From Amphiscolops sp. MND2022 (taxonomy: Eukaryota): DNA of 64,000 nt. Location: the NCBI GenBank assembly GCA_964187785.1, contig OZ076410.1, positions 89,342,001 through 89,406,000 of the forward strand. The letters run 5' to 3'. Made by a program: the position numbers and the translations under genes. Every line of letters begins with the position of its first letter. Within the stretch, counting starts at the first letter, position 1. Positions 46,431 through 60,100 of the stretch are shown piece by piece. Under the pieces are notes generated by a model. That model did not search any database. It was not told where the DNA came from and was given only the letters and a program-made list of their open reading frames with translations.

Positions 46431-48455
46431 TCAATAATACAAATGCAACTACAACAATAAAGTGCTCAACAAAAAACACCTGATTTAATAAAAAGCTCTA
46501 CAAACATCCCAGGGATACTCTCCCGTTTCTAATCAAAAATTCCCCTGCAAAAATACAAAGCTAATCAATTCCCTTTGTGCTACCGCGCAGTTTATGATTA
46601 AAAACACCTGATTTAATAAAAGGCTCAACTATCATCCCAGGGCTTCGGAGCCGTTTCTAATCAAAAATTCCCTTGCAAAAATACAAAGCTAATCAATTCC
46701 CTTTGAGCTACAGAGCAGTTTATGATTAAAAACACCTGCATAAACAAAGCACAAAATTGAACTAACCTGGAGACGGAGGGAGATGAAGATAAAAAATTAA
46801 TAAAGTAGGGCGGCTGGCAAAAGAAAGGGAGGCAGCAGAATAAAAAAGTAAATTCTCGGGGGACGCAAATACCGCGGGATTGCACAAATGAAAAAATTCT
46901 ATTATTCACCGCGGAGATCCGAAATCTAAAGCTAAGCTCTGATTGGCTGAACGAAAACCAGACCAATCAGGCACTTCGGCAGAAGTGCTGAGCTGTTCTT
47001 ATACGGCGCGCGCAGGCTGGAGCCTCATTCTTCCCTCTAACCGGCAGAGCTTCAACACCTAAAAAGCTTTTCTCCCACTTTCTCTTCTCCTCAGCTTCTC
47101 TCCACTTTACTCAAAAACTCATTTCCCACTTTTCTTTTCCCTCGGTCTTATTTCTTCAAGACCAAAAAATTTCTATCTTTCATTCTCCTCTTCTTCCTTT
47201 GGTCTTAAAATATTTCAATCTTGTGCTAAGTCCCACAGCACCAGCAGAATTTTCTATCTTAGAAAATTCTCCTCAACTCAATTTGGACTCCGGTTTGGTG
47301 AGTGAAAAATAACTTAGTTTCTTTTTGTGGAGATTTCTGATTCTCCCTTTTCTAACTAAATTTTATCTTAGTGAAATTCCGCTGATTTCATTCAGCGGTT
47401 GTTTAAATTTTTTCTTAGTAAAATTCCACTGATTCTACTCAGTGGTTATCTGAATTTTATCTTAGTAAAATTCCGCTGATTTCATTCAGCGGTTGTTTAA
47501 ATTTTATCTTAGTAAAATTCCGCTGATTCTACTCAGTGGTTATTTGAATTTTATCCTAATAAAATTCCGCTGATTTCATTCAGCGATTGTTTAAATTTTA
47601 TCTTAGCAAAATTTCACTGATTCTACTCAGTGGTTATTTGAATTTTATCTTAGTAAAATTCCGCTGATTTCATTCTGCGGTTATCTCATTTCTAATTACA
47701 AAAATATTAAATAAATGGTTGGCGTTACACTAGTATTTACAAAATCATTTCACCGTGTTTACCTAGTTAGTTTGTTCCTTATAAAAAGTCCTAATACTGT
47801 CTCTCCACCCAACAGAGCAGTGACTTCAAAAAACTAAAAATTGCTGGTTTAAATTATCACCGGCTAAAATCATTTTTCATTTGCGGCAGATCTAAAGCAT
47901 TTCCAATATGAAAGTGTAAAAGCTTGCATTTTAGTCTGTAAATTTTAATACTAATTTTCTGATGTACATAAATGCTCTCCGATATATTTTGTGAAGCTAC
48001 TTTGCTCAAAATTGGAACAAATCTTTCAAATTAACTGAAGTGAAGTAAGTAGTTGTTTTGCTGCTGTATTTAACAAAAGATGGAATAGATACTGAGATGC
48101 CTAAAAAATTTTACTTAGTACTATTGTATGTTCACGTGATATAATTCAACATATTTCCTTTCAATACTTTTCCACTTTTCAGATGACTCATTTACATACA
48201 CTGCCTTGCACTACTCACGCAACTCCCTTTGTTCGCACGAACACGCAAGGCATTTCCTTTCTAGTATTACACGGAGTAAGCTTTGAGACTTTCTTACTCA
48301 TTTACAATCAATAATAGAACAGCACCTGAAAGTACTTTGCAAAATGCTACATAAGCTGAACTGACTAATACTGATAACAACTGAACAGTCACTTGAAAGG
48401 GAAAGTGATGCAAACAGGAAAAAGTAAATAGTAAAATTCATCCATGCGTGCGACA
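46407..48455 (+). repeat. Family A 3' LTR (2049 bp)
   Basis: TGTCGC...GCGACA followed by the TSD ATAG. Confidence 0.97.
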
Positions 48456-48459
48456 ATAG

Positions 48460-49037
48460 GTATTAAGGTTGGTATTTCGAATATTCGGCAGCAGGTCTAA
48501 ATATCGGAAGACGAGGTAGTCTAGACTTAACCTAAAACTTTAAGTATCCAATTATAGAGGACAATCAAAGATCAGGCTTCATGATCTTTGGAGGAAGATG
48601 TCTTAAGCTACAAGGTGAGTCAGGAGCACGAACAAGAGTAGATGCAGTTTGATTCACAATCCGCGATGAAACGATGCCTTGTTTGACTAGAATTCGGTTC
48701 GCTCTCGTTTTACGGAAAATAAACTTTACTCTTGATGGTAAATTCCACTTTGCGACGGTATATGTATCGTATTGATCATTGGATGGTCCAAAGGTGTAGT
48801 CTGGAGTATCAGCAAAAGGTGGATAAGATTTCTGGAAAGTGAGAGGTAGAGTATGAAGGAAAAAATATAAATAGGATTTGGTTGCATTTCATTTTCGGAA
48901 TCAGAACTGAAAACTTCCTGGGAATCATAATTAAGATTAGCAATAATTTTGCATGGTGAGGCATGGAATTTAAAAAAATTTTTCGACATTAAGTAAAGTT
49001 TTTTCTGGGGGGATCAGAAACGGTTCTAAAAGAAGAG
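48460..49037 (-). mobile_element. Family C-like Gypsy fragment (right part of the insertion target)
   Basis: Continues the flank across the TSD; minus-strand ORF remnant 48726-48989 (YDSQEVFSS ~ YLPSQESSS at ~1200). Confidence 0.45.
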
Positions 49038-49237
49038 NNNNNNNNNNNNNNNNNNNNNNNNNNNNNNNNNNNNNNNNNNNNNNNNNNNNNNNNNNNNNNN
49101 NNNNNNNNNNNNNNNNNNNNNNNNNNNNNNNNNNNNNNNNNNNNNNNNNNNNNNNNNNNNNNNNNNNNNNNNNNNNNNNNNNNNNNNNNNNNNNNNNNNN
49201 NNNNNNNNNNNNNNNNNNNNNNNNNNNNNNNNNNNNN
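49038..49237. other. Assembly gap (200 N)
   Basis: Run of exactly 200 N; adjacency across it is not established. Confidence 1.
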
Positions 49238-52200
49238 GTTCATCGTTGAAAAGAACCTATTTCACTAACAAAAGATCTCCAAAAATAGTGTATAATGCAC
49301 TGTAGTAAAAATGTGAAAAAACGACAAATCGCAATACATGTTTTTTTTGTATGATTGGTAGAAAAAAATTAGGCATCGCCAGTGTTTGCGGTTCGCTCTT
49401 TTTTTTTCCACTTCCCCATACTTTATAGTGACCTTCATGCTTTGAGAGGTTGATCCCTTCTTGAACAGTTGGTAAAAAGAATTAAATTGCGATAGAACGA
49501 ATTCCAATGTTGATCTTTCATTCAGAATCTATATAGATCTGTGAGCCTTTTTCCCTTGAGGATCTATGAAGATCGTTCCACTCCTTCGGTAGGACAGGTG
49601 CAGTTCTGCAAGGATCTTCACAAATATTCAAGTTTTCTGTACAACTTTTTGGAATTTTTCAACAAGCGTTTTTCGGAAACCATTTTTTCGCTTTAATGAG
49701 TATTTTGGCCAATGTTCAGTCTCTTGAAACTCTCCACCACTCACAAATCGCTAACAGGAAAGTTTTTTTTGGTTAAAAGAAAAAGTTCACACACAGTAAT
49801 TTATCCATTTCATTTGAACTTTCCAGAAGTAGTTGTTGAATTTTGAGAGGCTCGTCTGCCAAAGTGACTTCGTTTTGGCGGATGAAATTAGATGAGTGAC
49901 CACCGTCTGGGTTGACACAGGTGTTCATAAAATGCTGTTGTTGTAATACTCCGGTTTGTTCGAGTAGTTTTGCTAATTGGTGGTAACTCGGAATACGTTA
50001 TAGTAATTAATTGGTTTTAGTTAATTTTCGAAAAATCTTGGAATATCTGTCAGGATCAGTACAGATAAGAGCCGTCTTTATCTTATAGAGCAGTTTTTAA
50101 TCGTCTAGTTTCAATTTCAACTATTTTCGACTAGTTAATTGTTAACGAATCCGGATACAGATTCGCAGTGAGAGCGCACGTGGGCTTGGCTCCCAAATTG
50201 TTACGTACGCCGTGTGGCACGCATCTCATGGTTTCGAAATTGCTAGAATCAGTCAGCTGTCTTTCATTGCTTTATGTGACAAGCATTTTGTTTACTCCAG
50301 AACCATCGGGAAAATAGTCTTTTAAAACGTTGCCAAAAGAAAAGTCAGTCCACAGGCGACAAATTCATTTCTAAAAAACAATTAGTACCTTCCGAGCCAA
50401 AAACAATTTTACCTAATTAGGTCACAACGAAAACACGATGAATGGCGCCCCAACTGGCGAGCGATAATTTAGTCTAATTGCTTTTATCTACACATTCTAC
50501 TACGTGAAGAAATATAATCCTGAATGCTTTTCAGGAATGTTAATGCAACTTTCATTATTACTATAGTTTTCCAAGTTATTTGGTTCAGGATGATTGGTTT
50601 TCAAACTTTCAGATCTGGTTATTACCATAGACAAGATTGAATTGAGTAGTGAAAAGGTTTTAGATAGATATAGATTGGCTTTGGAACAGAAATCAGTTTT
50701 AGGTTATCAGGTGTAGTCAGTAACAGCGTGTTATAGAGCACCAAAATTTAACGCATGAGATTTCGATCGTCAGAAAATGGTGATAGTTTGTTGCAGTGAT
50801 CAGAAGCTGCCATAGGTTTACCAGCAACCAATGCTTGATAAGTTGGACCAAAACTATCCATCTTGTTTTTCCGCAGTAGCATTCGGATCACTTGCTTCAA
50901 TTCTTCTGTCGTTACTTTTTTCTTTTGATTTTCGGTTGCAAAGGTCCGCGTCTTTCTCTGATGGAACCGAACTTCTCGAAATCTATATCCTTTTCTTGTG
51001 ACATGACTTCAATGACTTGTTCAATGGCTTCTGTTTTCTGTTGAAACAACAGCTCTGAGGTTTGTGGCCAAGCATCTTTTTCTCTGGGAGCCATGCCGGC
51101 CCTGTGAACCATGTGCAAGTCCACAACTCCGGCATTTTGTGATAAATATTCAATTTGATAGTCATCTCAATCATATGACTCAACTACAATGCCAAATTCT
51201 TGAAATTTATCTCATCTTCTGGAGATAACTGTTCGTCCCACGTTTGTCCATGCTTCTTTTAAATTCTTGTGAGCAACAACTTCATCCTCACTGTGAAAGG
51301 GGAAAACAATACCAACGGAAAAAACACAGAGGATATTTGAGGTAGGACAATTCTTTGAGTTACCTTGACAGGTATTTCTTTTCCCATACCGCGGCAGATT
51401 TAAATCTTGTGTGACTTCAAAATCCATTGGCGTCCCAAAATAGACGGTGCCAAGAGTTCTGCTTCGAATGTCTTGCTTGGCGCGACTGATCTATCTTCAG
51501 GAGGTATTTGTTCCGTTTTTCGGAGATGCAAATCCATCTCGTTAGTTGAAATCCACGATCCGCTAAGGCTTTTTGCATGCTTGTGTACACTTCAACTGCT
51601 TCTTCCTCTGAAGCTACTGACTTCACAAAGAGAAACTTCTGTTGATCAACTTTGATGTCATCACATTGTCATCTCTACAGTCTCTTCCATATTTATACAC
51701 AGAGACATGTTAAGTGTTGTTTTCTCTCCACAAAAATCTGAGTACATTGCAGTCTGCAGGGGGTCCTTTCGCTTGGAGAAACATCGCTTCAACGTCTGCT
51801 GTCAAGGCAATCTGTTTCTACCTGAATCTGAAAATTACTCCTTTGAGCGATTGTAGAAAGAAGACACCGGACATCATATTATTATTGAGTAAGACTCCAC
51901 CGAGCTTTGAAGCTGCGTTGCCGACCCATCTCACTTTGTCTGGCTTGCTCGGGTTCAGCACAAGAAGATGTGGAACGTACCACTGAGGGTCTGTTTCAAT
52001 GTTTTCGAGCTCAATTCCATGCAAAATTCTCACAACTCCCTTTTTTACGTCCATATCAATATTCTACTAGTAGCGTTGTCTCAAGTTCTCATCCTTTTCC
52101 GTTCAGCACTCGAGAGGCTTCAATTGACTCACTGCTGAACTGTAATTGTTTGGCAAATGCAGTATTGCATTTTTCCAAAATAGTCCGACCTCATACTTCT

Positions 52201-53198
52201 CTCCGTCAATTTTTGTGAGTGCCTTTAGCAATTTGAGAGCACGGTCATCTTCCTTGGACCTACCGGAAACGCTGCAAATGGAAGCATACGATTCCATACT
52301 CCACCAAGACTTCACTTAATTTGCCAATGGGTCCACTTCTGCAGCAACTAGGCTTTAAGTTGCGAACTTCGCACTCTCTTGTTGAGGCAAGGGTCCACTG
52401 AGCGTCCATCCCAACATCGTTCGCTCTACCCAAGGTTTGGCGTTTCGACCTTTTCTCTTTTCCGTTGCTCTACAAAAGTGATAACAAATTTTGCCTTTGA
52501 CATCTTTAAAATTGACGGTAGAGTTTTAAAAACTGACAGGTGAAGATATGCTTCCTTCAATTTCTTGAAGTTGTACGTTCGATTTCCGACTTTACGTTGG
52601 GATGACCATAAGCAATGATATCTTCATTGACTTCTCCGTCTTGATCACCAATCTTGACACGAAGTCGTTTACTACTGATATCTGACGTTCCATGAACCCC
52701 TTCAACATTCAAATCAAATGGCGGTCCCGTCAGATTTAGCGCTTTTATTAGACTCTCATCAATTTACAACAGACTCGCTCCAGATTTGCTCCAAGCGAAC
52801 GTTTTTAACGTTTTGCTCCCTCTCCCTATCGTTACTGGAGTGACTGGTAGGACACCACTGCTTCTCATTCAGGAAGTTACGAACCTCCTCGACTTTTTCT
52901 TTCACGTTCTTGTATGGTCGATGAAGCAATCTGTGATGAGATTTTCCGAAACCAATGACATTGGAGAGACTGCCAGAGCAAATTCGCATCTGATGTGCGT
53001 CTGACAAACATTTGAAGCACAGTCTCACTTCTTTCGCTTTTTGTCCTCTTTCTTCGACATTCATCATTTCGAAATTCTCACCTTTCCCTCTCAGCACCCA
53101 CTCTTGCTGGGTTTTCGAGTTATCCTTCGATGTGCTTGATGCTGATGTTGCAAACGTGGAGCCTTTTCGCCTTTTCTTTACTGCTCGACTTCGCGCGA

Positions 53199-53759
53199 TT
53201 AGCATTCGGGTTTGAAGACAGAAGCAATCAATTCATGTTGCACATCTGCTGTGTCAGGGAGCCATTCACTGAACTCAGCTAGTCCAGGTTGATACAGGTT
53301 CATTTGGTCGGCATAAGTGAGCAACTTTGAACTCATGTCCAGTGTTACCTTCCTTGGGGCGCTGCCCAGAACTCCTTTTGAGTTTACGTCTCCCACGTAG
53401 TTGAATTGTGACAAAACAATCACGCAACTCGACACTATTCTCGCAAGCTTGAATGATGTAGCTTCATCATAAAGTTTCATCGGTAGAAAGGAGTAATTTC
53501 GCTTCAGCTGAGCTTTCACAACCTTTTGAGGTTTCCCAAAATTACAAACTCGCACCTTCCACCTCACATTATACATCTCTGCAGTGTGTCCCAGGCCACC
53601 AATCTCCTCTTTGGCTTTACCCGTCACCATCGTTCTCAAGTGATTCGACTTTACACTGTCGTCCATGTTCGCTGCGTGGACGGTTGCTTGGAATAGTTGC
53701 GACCACTCTGGCCACCCCAATGGATCTTCGGAAAACTCTGGTAGCTTTAACTTTGGCAA
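53199..53759 (-). pseudogene. gag: BEL/Pao gag fragment, copy 1
   Basis: DUF1759-type motif, 186 aa. Confidence 0.8.
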
Positions 53760-56605
53760 GCTACATCTGATGGAACAGCCATCTTTCTTTGCATTTGGAG
53801 CAAAAAATTTGGCCTGTGACTTGTGAATACTGCTTCTACATCAAATGCCAACTCGGATTGCTTCCAGTGGATGTAGTAACCACTTCTGGCCTGCACCTAT
53901 GGCCCTTGACGGTATCGATGTGGCGAAGTTCACTTCTGGTTGTACTGTTCCTTTTTGACTGTCAGCACCGTGTCAGTTTTTGTTCTGTCCCTTCCATTTT
54001 CTCGCACATCAGCTTCGGAGGATATGGTTGGTTTCACTAAGGTTTTAAAGACCCTTGCTTGTGCGGTCCGCTGTCATCCGTGCGTTGATTCCACTGTACT
54101 CACTGGTTTTGATACCGGCGTTTGCGGGTATACTATTGGCACGGTAAAAGGCTGAGCCGCATTTTCGGTTGCAACGTCCATCGATCCTGAGAAGTTCGTC
54201 AAACAGTCGTCTGCTGAACCGACCGATGAGATATATTGCAAGCTAGGCCCGCAACTACTCGAAAAGTTTTATTTCCTTTTCGGGTGTTCTGCTTCTGTCG
54301 TTACTTTTTTCTTTTGATTTTCGATTGCAAAGGTCCGCGTCTTTCTCTGATGGAACCGAACTTCTCGAAATCTATGTCCTTTTCTTGTGACATGACTTCA
54401 ATGACTTGTTCAATGTCTTCTGTTTTCTGTTGAAACAACAGCGCTGAGGTTTGTGGCCAAGCATCTTTTTCTCTGGGAGCCATGCCGGCCCTGTGAACCA
54501 TGTGCAAGTCCACAACTCCGGCATTTTTTGATAAATTTTCAATTTGATAGTCATCTCAATCATTTGACTCAACTACAATGCCAAATTCTGGAAAATTTTC
54601 TCATCTTCTGGAGATAACTCTTCGTCTCACGTTTGTCCATGCTTCTTTTAAATTGTTGTGAACAACAACCTCATCCTCACTGTGAAAGGGGAAAACAATA
54701 CCAACGAGTCAAACACAGAGGATACTTGAGGTAGGACAATTCTTTGAGTTACCTTGACAGGTATTTCTTTTCCCATACCGCCGCAGATTTAAATCTTGTC
54801 TGACTTCAAAATCCATTGGCGTCCCAAAATAGACGGTGCCAAGAGTTCTGCTTCGAATGTCTTGCTTGGCGCGACTGATCTATCTTCAGGAGGTATTTGT
54901 TCCGTTTTTCGGAGATGCAAATCCATCTCGTTAGTTGAAATCCACGATCCGCTAAGGTGTTTTGCATGCTTGTGTACACTTCAACTGCACTGCTTCTTCC
55001 TCTGAAGCTACTGACTTCACAAAGAGAAACTTCTGTTGATCAACTTTGATGTCATCACATTGTCATCTCTGCAGTCTCTTCCATATTCATACACAGAGAC
55101 ATGTTAAGTGTTGTTTTCTCTCCACAAAAATCTGAGTACATTGCAGTCTGCAGGGGGTCCTTTCGCTTGGAGAAACATCGCTTCAACGTCTGCTGTCAAG
55201 GCAATCTGTTTCTACCTGAATCTGAAAATAACTCCTTTGAGCGATTGTAGAAAGAAGACACCGGACATCATATTATTATTGAGTAAGACTCCACCGAGCT
55301 TTGAAGCTGCGTTGCCGACCCATCTCACTTTGTCTGGCTTGCTCGGGTTCAGCACAAGAAGATGTGGAACGTACCACTGAAGGTCTGTTTCAATGTTTTC
55401 GAGCTCGGTTCGATGCAAAATTCTCACAACTCCCTTTTTTACGTCCATATCAATATTCTTTTAGTAGCGTTGTCTCAAGTTCTCATCCTTTTCTTTTCCA
55501 GTCAGCACTCGAGAGGCTTCAATTGACTCACTGCTGAACTGTAATTGTTTGGCAAATGCGGTATTGCATTTTTCCAAAATAGTCCGACCTCATACTTCTC
55601 TCCGTCAATTTTTGTGGTTGCCTTTAGCATTTTGAGAGCACGGTCATCTTCCTTGGACCTACCTGAAACGCTGCAAATGGAAGCATACGATTCCATACTC
55701 CACAAAGACTTCACTTGATTTGCCAATGGGTCCACTTTTGCAGCAACTAGGCTTCAAGTTGCGAACTTCGCACTCTCTTGTTAAGGCAAGGGTCCACTGA
55801 GCGTCCATCCCAACATCGTTCGCTCTACCCAAGGTTTGGCGTTTCGACAATTTCTCTTTTCCGTTGCTCTACACAAGTGATAACAAATTTTGCCCAAGAA
55901 GACTTTGACATCTCTAAAATTGACGGTAGAGTTTTAAAAACTGACAGGTGAGGATATGCTTCCTTCAATTTTTTGAAGTTGTACGTTCGATTTCCGACTT
56001 TACGTTGGGATGACCATGAGCAATGATATCTTCATTGACTTCTCCGTCTTGATCACCAATCTTGACACGAAGTCGTTTACTACTGATATCTGACGTTCCA
56101 TGAACCCCTTCAACAATCAAATCAACTGGCGGTCCCGTCAGATTTAGCGCTTTTATTACACTCTCATCAATTTACAACAGACTCGCACCAGATTTGCTCC
56201 AAGCGAACGTTTTTAACGCTTCGCTCCCTCTCCCTATCGTTACTGGAGTGACTGGTAGGACACCACTGCTTCTCATTGAGGAAGTTACGAACCTCCTCGA
56301 CTTTTTCTTTCACGTTCTTGTATGGTCGATGTAGCAATCTGTGAGGAGATTTTACGAAACCAAAGACATTGGAGAGTCTGCCAGAGCAAATTCGCATCTG
56401 ATGTGCGTCTGACAAACATTTGAAGCACAGTCTCAGTTCTATCGCTTTTGTCCTCTTTCTTCGACATGCATCGTTTCAAAATTCTCACCTTTCCCTCTCA
56501 GTTCCCACTCTTGCTGGGTTTTCGAGTTATCCTTCGATGTGCTTGATGCTGATGTTGCAAACGTGGAGCCTTTTGGCCTTTTCTTTACTGCTCGACTTCG
56601 CGCGA

Positions 56606-57166
56606 TCAGCATTCGGGTTTGAAGACAGAAGCAATCAATTCATGTTGCACATCTGCTGTGTCAGGGAGCCATTCACTGAACTCAGCTAGTCCAGGTTGAT
56701 ACAGGTTCATTTGGTCGGCATAAGTGAGCAACTTTGAATTCATGTCCAGTGTTACCTTCCTTGGGGCGCTGCCCAGAACTCCTTTTGAGTTTACGCCTCC
56801 CACGTAGTTGAATTGTGACAAAACAATCACGCAACTCGACACTATTCTCGCAAGCTTGAATGATGTAGCTTCATCATAAAGTTTCATAGGTAGAAAGGAG
56901 TAATTTCGCTTCAGCTGAGCTTTCACAACCTTTTGAGGTTTCCCAAAATTACAAACTCGCACCTTCCACCTCACATTATACATCTCTGCAGTGTGTCCCA
57001 GGCCACCAATCTCCTCTTTGGCTTTACCCGTCACCATCGTTCTCAAGTGATTCGACTTTACACTGTCGTCCAAGTTCGCTGCGTGGACGGTTGCTTGGAA
57101 TAGTTGCGACCACTCTGGCCACCCCAATGGATCTTCGGAAAACTCTGGTAGCTTTAACTTTGGCAA
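56606..57166 (-). pseudogene. gag: BEL/Pao gag fragment, copy 2
   Basis: Near-identical to 53199-53759. Confidence 0.8.
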
Positions 57167-60100
57167 GCTACATCTGATGGAACAGCCATCTTTCTTTGCA
57201 TTTGGAGCAAAAAATTTGGCCTGTGACTTGTGAATACTGCTTCTACATCAAATGCCAACTCGGATTGCTTCCAGTGGATGTAGTAACCACTTCTGGCCTG
57301 CACCTATGGCCCTTGACGGTATCGATGTGGCGAAGTTCACTTCTGGTTGTACTGTTCCTTTTTGACTGTCAGCACCGTGTCAGTTTTTGTTCTGTCCCTT
57401 CCATTTTCTCGCACATCAGCTTCGGAGGATATGGTTGGTTTCACTAAGGTTTTAAAGACCCTTGCTTGTGCGGTCCGCTGTCATCAGTGCGTTGATTCCA
57501 CTGTACTCACTGGTTTTGATACCGGCGTTTGCGGGTATACTATTGGCACGGTAAAAGGCTGAGCCGCATTTTCGGTTGCAACGTCCATCGATCCTGAGAA
57601 GTTCGTCAAACAGTCGTCTGCTGAACCGACCGATGAGATATATTGCAAGCTAGGCCCGAAACTACTCGAAAAGTTTTATTTCCTTTTCGGGTGTTCTGGT
57701 TTTGCGAGCCAGCTCTTCTTGCCAATCACCTTTTTCACTATCTTTTGCTCCACGGCTCACTTTTTGCAGTTCTTCTAGCCCTTTCAAAGCATTTACCTCC
57801 AAGACGAGTTTCCGATAACACGGGTGTCTTGTTGCTTTTGGTGCTCCACCTTGCGAATGTATGCTTAGTTCTTGTATTGTCAAAGATATAGCTTCACTTC
57901 TTGGCTCTGGGCTACCATTCCGTTCTGACCGTCGTGTTCCTTTTGTTCGTCATTATGTTCCAGATGTTTTCGTGGCGAACTGTCTGTTTTACCGGCTTTA
58001 ACTACTGCCGAATATACCCGAACAGTCTCTGCCAGTCTTTGCTCGGCGTCTCCCAAACTCCGAGGAATGGCTCCCACGTCTCCTGCTTTCAATAAAGCAT
58101 CGATTTCTACTTTGAGTTCAGATCGTTTCCGGAATGCTTCTTGGTTTTCATAAGTTTAAGCATATTCATCAAAGTCTTCGCTGTTTGCGATTTGATCATC
58201 GCGTCTAATTTCATTCTGAACGATGGTTTCGTCAATGAGACGTTTCTTTTTCTCCAAAAACATTTGTATCTCATTTTCATTGTGCAATGCTGACATCAGT
58301 ATATTCACGCTTCCAACGCTAGACTTTTGTTGATGCATCTCACCTAATAGAGTTCTTATGAAAGTTCTCACCTTTGTTGATATCAAATCGTTTTGACTGA
58401 GTCATCTTTTTACTTTTCGATTGATTGGTGTTCCCAAAGTCACAATAGCGCAAGTTCCCTGATTCACAACAGCCCAAACTTCCAGCGACTCAATAGCCAA
58501 AGCTTCCAGAGACGCAATAACCCAATCTCACAGAGAAACAGCCCAATCTCCCAGAGTCACAATAGCCCAAACTCCCAGTGTCACAATGGCCCAAAATCTC
58601 AGAGTCACAAACATGTCACTCTTCTTGGGCAATCTTCTTCAGTTGTGTCCACCAACGAGTTGACTTCTTCCTCGTATTCTTCCTTGTGCGGGTCGGCGGA
58701 CCAAGTTTAACTGCTGCTTGCCCTTATCTTGCGCTGAAGCTGGACAAGCTTCACGCCTCTCTGATCCGTTGTTTAGTACCGTGACCGTTACTAAACAAAT
58801 TCTGGTTTCTTTTTGTTTTAGAGAACTGTATCTTTTGGCTGGTGCGTTCGATGTGACCCGTAAGACCTCCTGGTACTCCTGCTTTACATAGGGTTGGATC
58901 TTCTGAGATCCGTCACAATCGTCTCGCTCTCTATCTTCACGCGCTCGGACTCTCCAACTATGAGAGTAAATACTTGTTCGCTCTGTCTTTTGCGAATGGT
59001 TGTAAAGATGTGGAAAGATAATTAGTCTCGCGATCCCGAGGCCTTACTTTACTATAGCTATTCAGTCGGTCATATCTCTATCTGGTAATGATGAAAATCT
59101 GGTTTACAGTTCTACATTAAATATGTCGAAATATGTGGTAAAATATATGACCTTTGTTAATTTTTAAAGCTATTGGCAATGTAAACAAACCACATGGTGG
59201 GTCTTGAACATTGGTTAGGTGGTCGCATAAGCATGTTTACACAAAGTAAATTTCACCAATTGCAACAGAGTTACCTTGTTAAGAAGTCATACGGTAAATA
59301 ACAATGTTTACATTTTGGCTCAATGACCTTGAATACTACACATCTGAGGTCTGAGGGGTAAAGAGGGTTATAATGAGTGAATGACCGTGAAACTTAGCCT
59401 GCTGTTTGGGTTAGGTACTTGCATACGTGTGCCAAGCTTCAAGTCTCTATAATTAATAGTTGTAAAGAAAACTCCAATGTGGGGTTTCGATTTTGCAAAG
59501 TGCGGTTTTCGTCAAATTTTCGTCCAAGTTTTAAGATTTTAGGTTCTTGTTTCTCAACCAGTACGTACCAAATAGACTTTCTCTGCCTGCTGATGACTGG
59601 CGCCAACAACGCTGATAAGTAATTTCAACCTCGATTCCTTTACTCCAAGGCTGTTCAGTCTACCACTTTTGTCGTTACCATTTTTACCGTGTCTTTGTGA
59701 AAATGATGGATGTCCGGGTGTGCATTAATGCAACGATTTTTGTTCCCAATTGGCCCGGAACTTGAAGCAGCAAATGTTTGATATTATTTGCTATTTGATC
59801 AAAGGTTTCGTAGGATTGTTACGGGCTTAAGTCATTGATTTTTTTTCGAATAGTTTTTTAGGGTTCTTTGTTTGAATTTTATTGGGTTCCACTTTTGAGC
59901 GGAACCGTTTGGGACTCGTTATAAATCGGAAAGTCGCGTACATTGAATCCTCCCTTACTGTTTTTCTCAGAGACTATTATTCGCAGAGACGTGAAATTTG
60001 GTACCTATGTTCAATGACGAATATCTGTCTATGAGGTCGGAACTGCGTCTAGGCCGAACGTGCAACAAGTCGACCCCAACGGATGCGTCGGCAACATTCC

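Larger units (their letters stand above)
29691..48455 (+). mobile_element. Full-length env-bearing Ty3/Gypsy LTR retrotransposon, family A (18,765 bp)
   Basis: Two near-identical LTRs with TGTCGC...GCGACA termini; TSD ATAG at 29687-29690 and 48456-48459; PBS, PPT and gag-pol(PR-RT-RH-IN)-env order. Confidence 0.97.
50903..57698. repeat. Tandem duplication of ~3.4 kb (50903-54291 and 54292-57698) within the BEL/Pao element
   Basis: Paired ORFs (53199-53759 / 56606-57166 and others) are near-identical; TTCTG microhomology at the junction. Confidence 0.95.
49238..59116 (-). mobile_element. Decayed BEL/Pao LTR retrotransposon(s), rearranged; boundaries approximate
   Basis: Gag PKLKLPEFSEDPLGWPEW (DUF1759 type); CFKCL..H..C..HHRLLH knuckles; RT YVPHLLVLNPSKPDKVR..LQSLKGVIFRFR..ALTADVEAMF; WFTGPAWL after RNase H. 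Confidence 0.85.

Noticed and set aside
58680-59116. BEL/Pao PBS (TGGTCCGCCGACCCG, loosely tRNA-Tyr-like) and 5' LTR
   Set aside because: Weak match, no CA LTR end next to it, and no second LTR to confirm.
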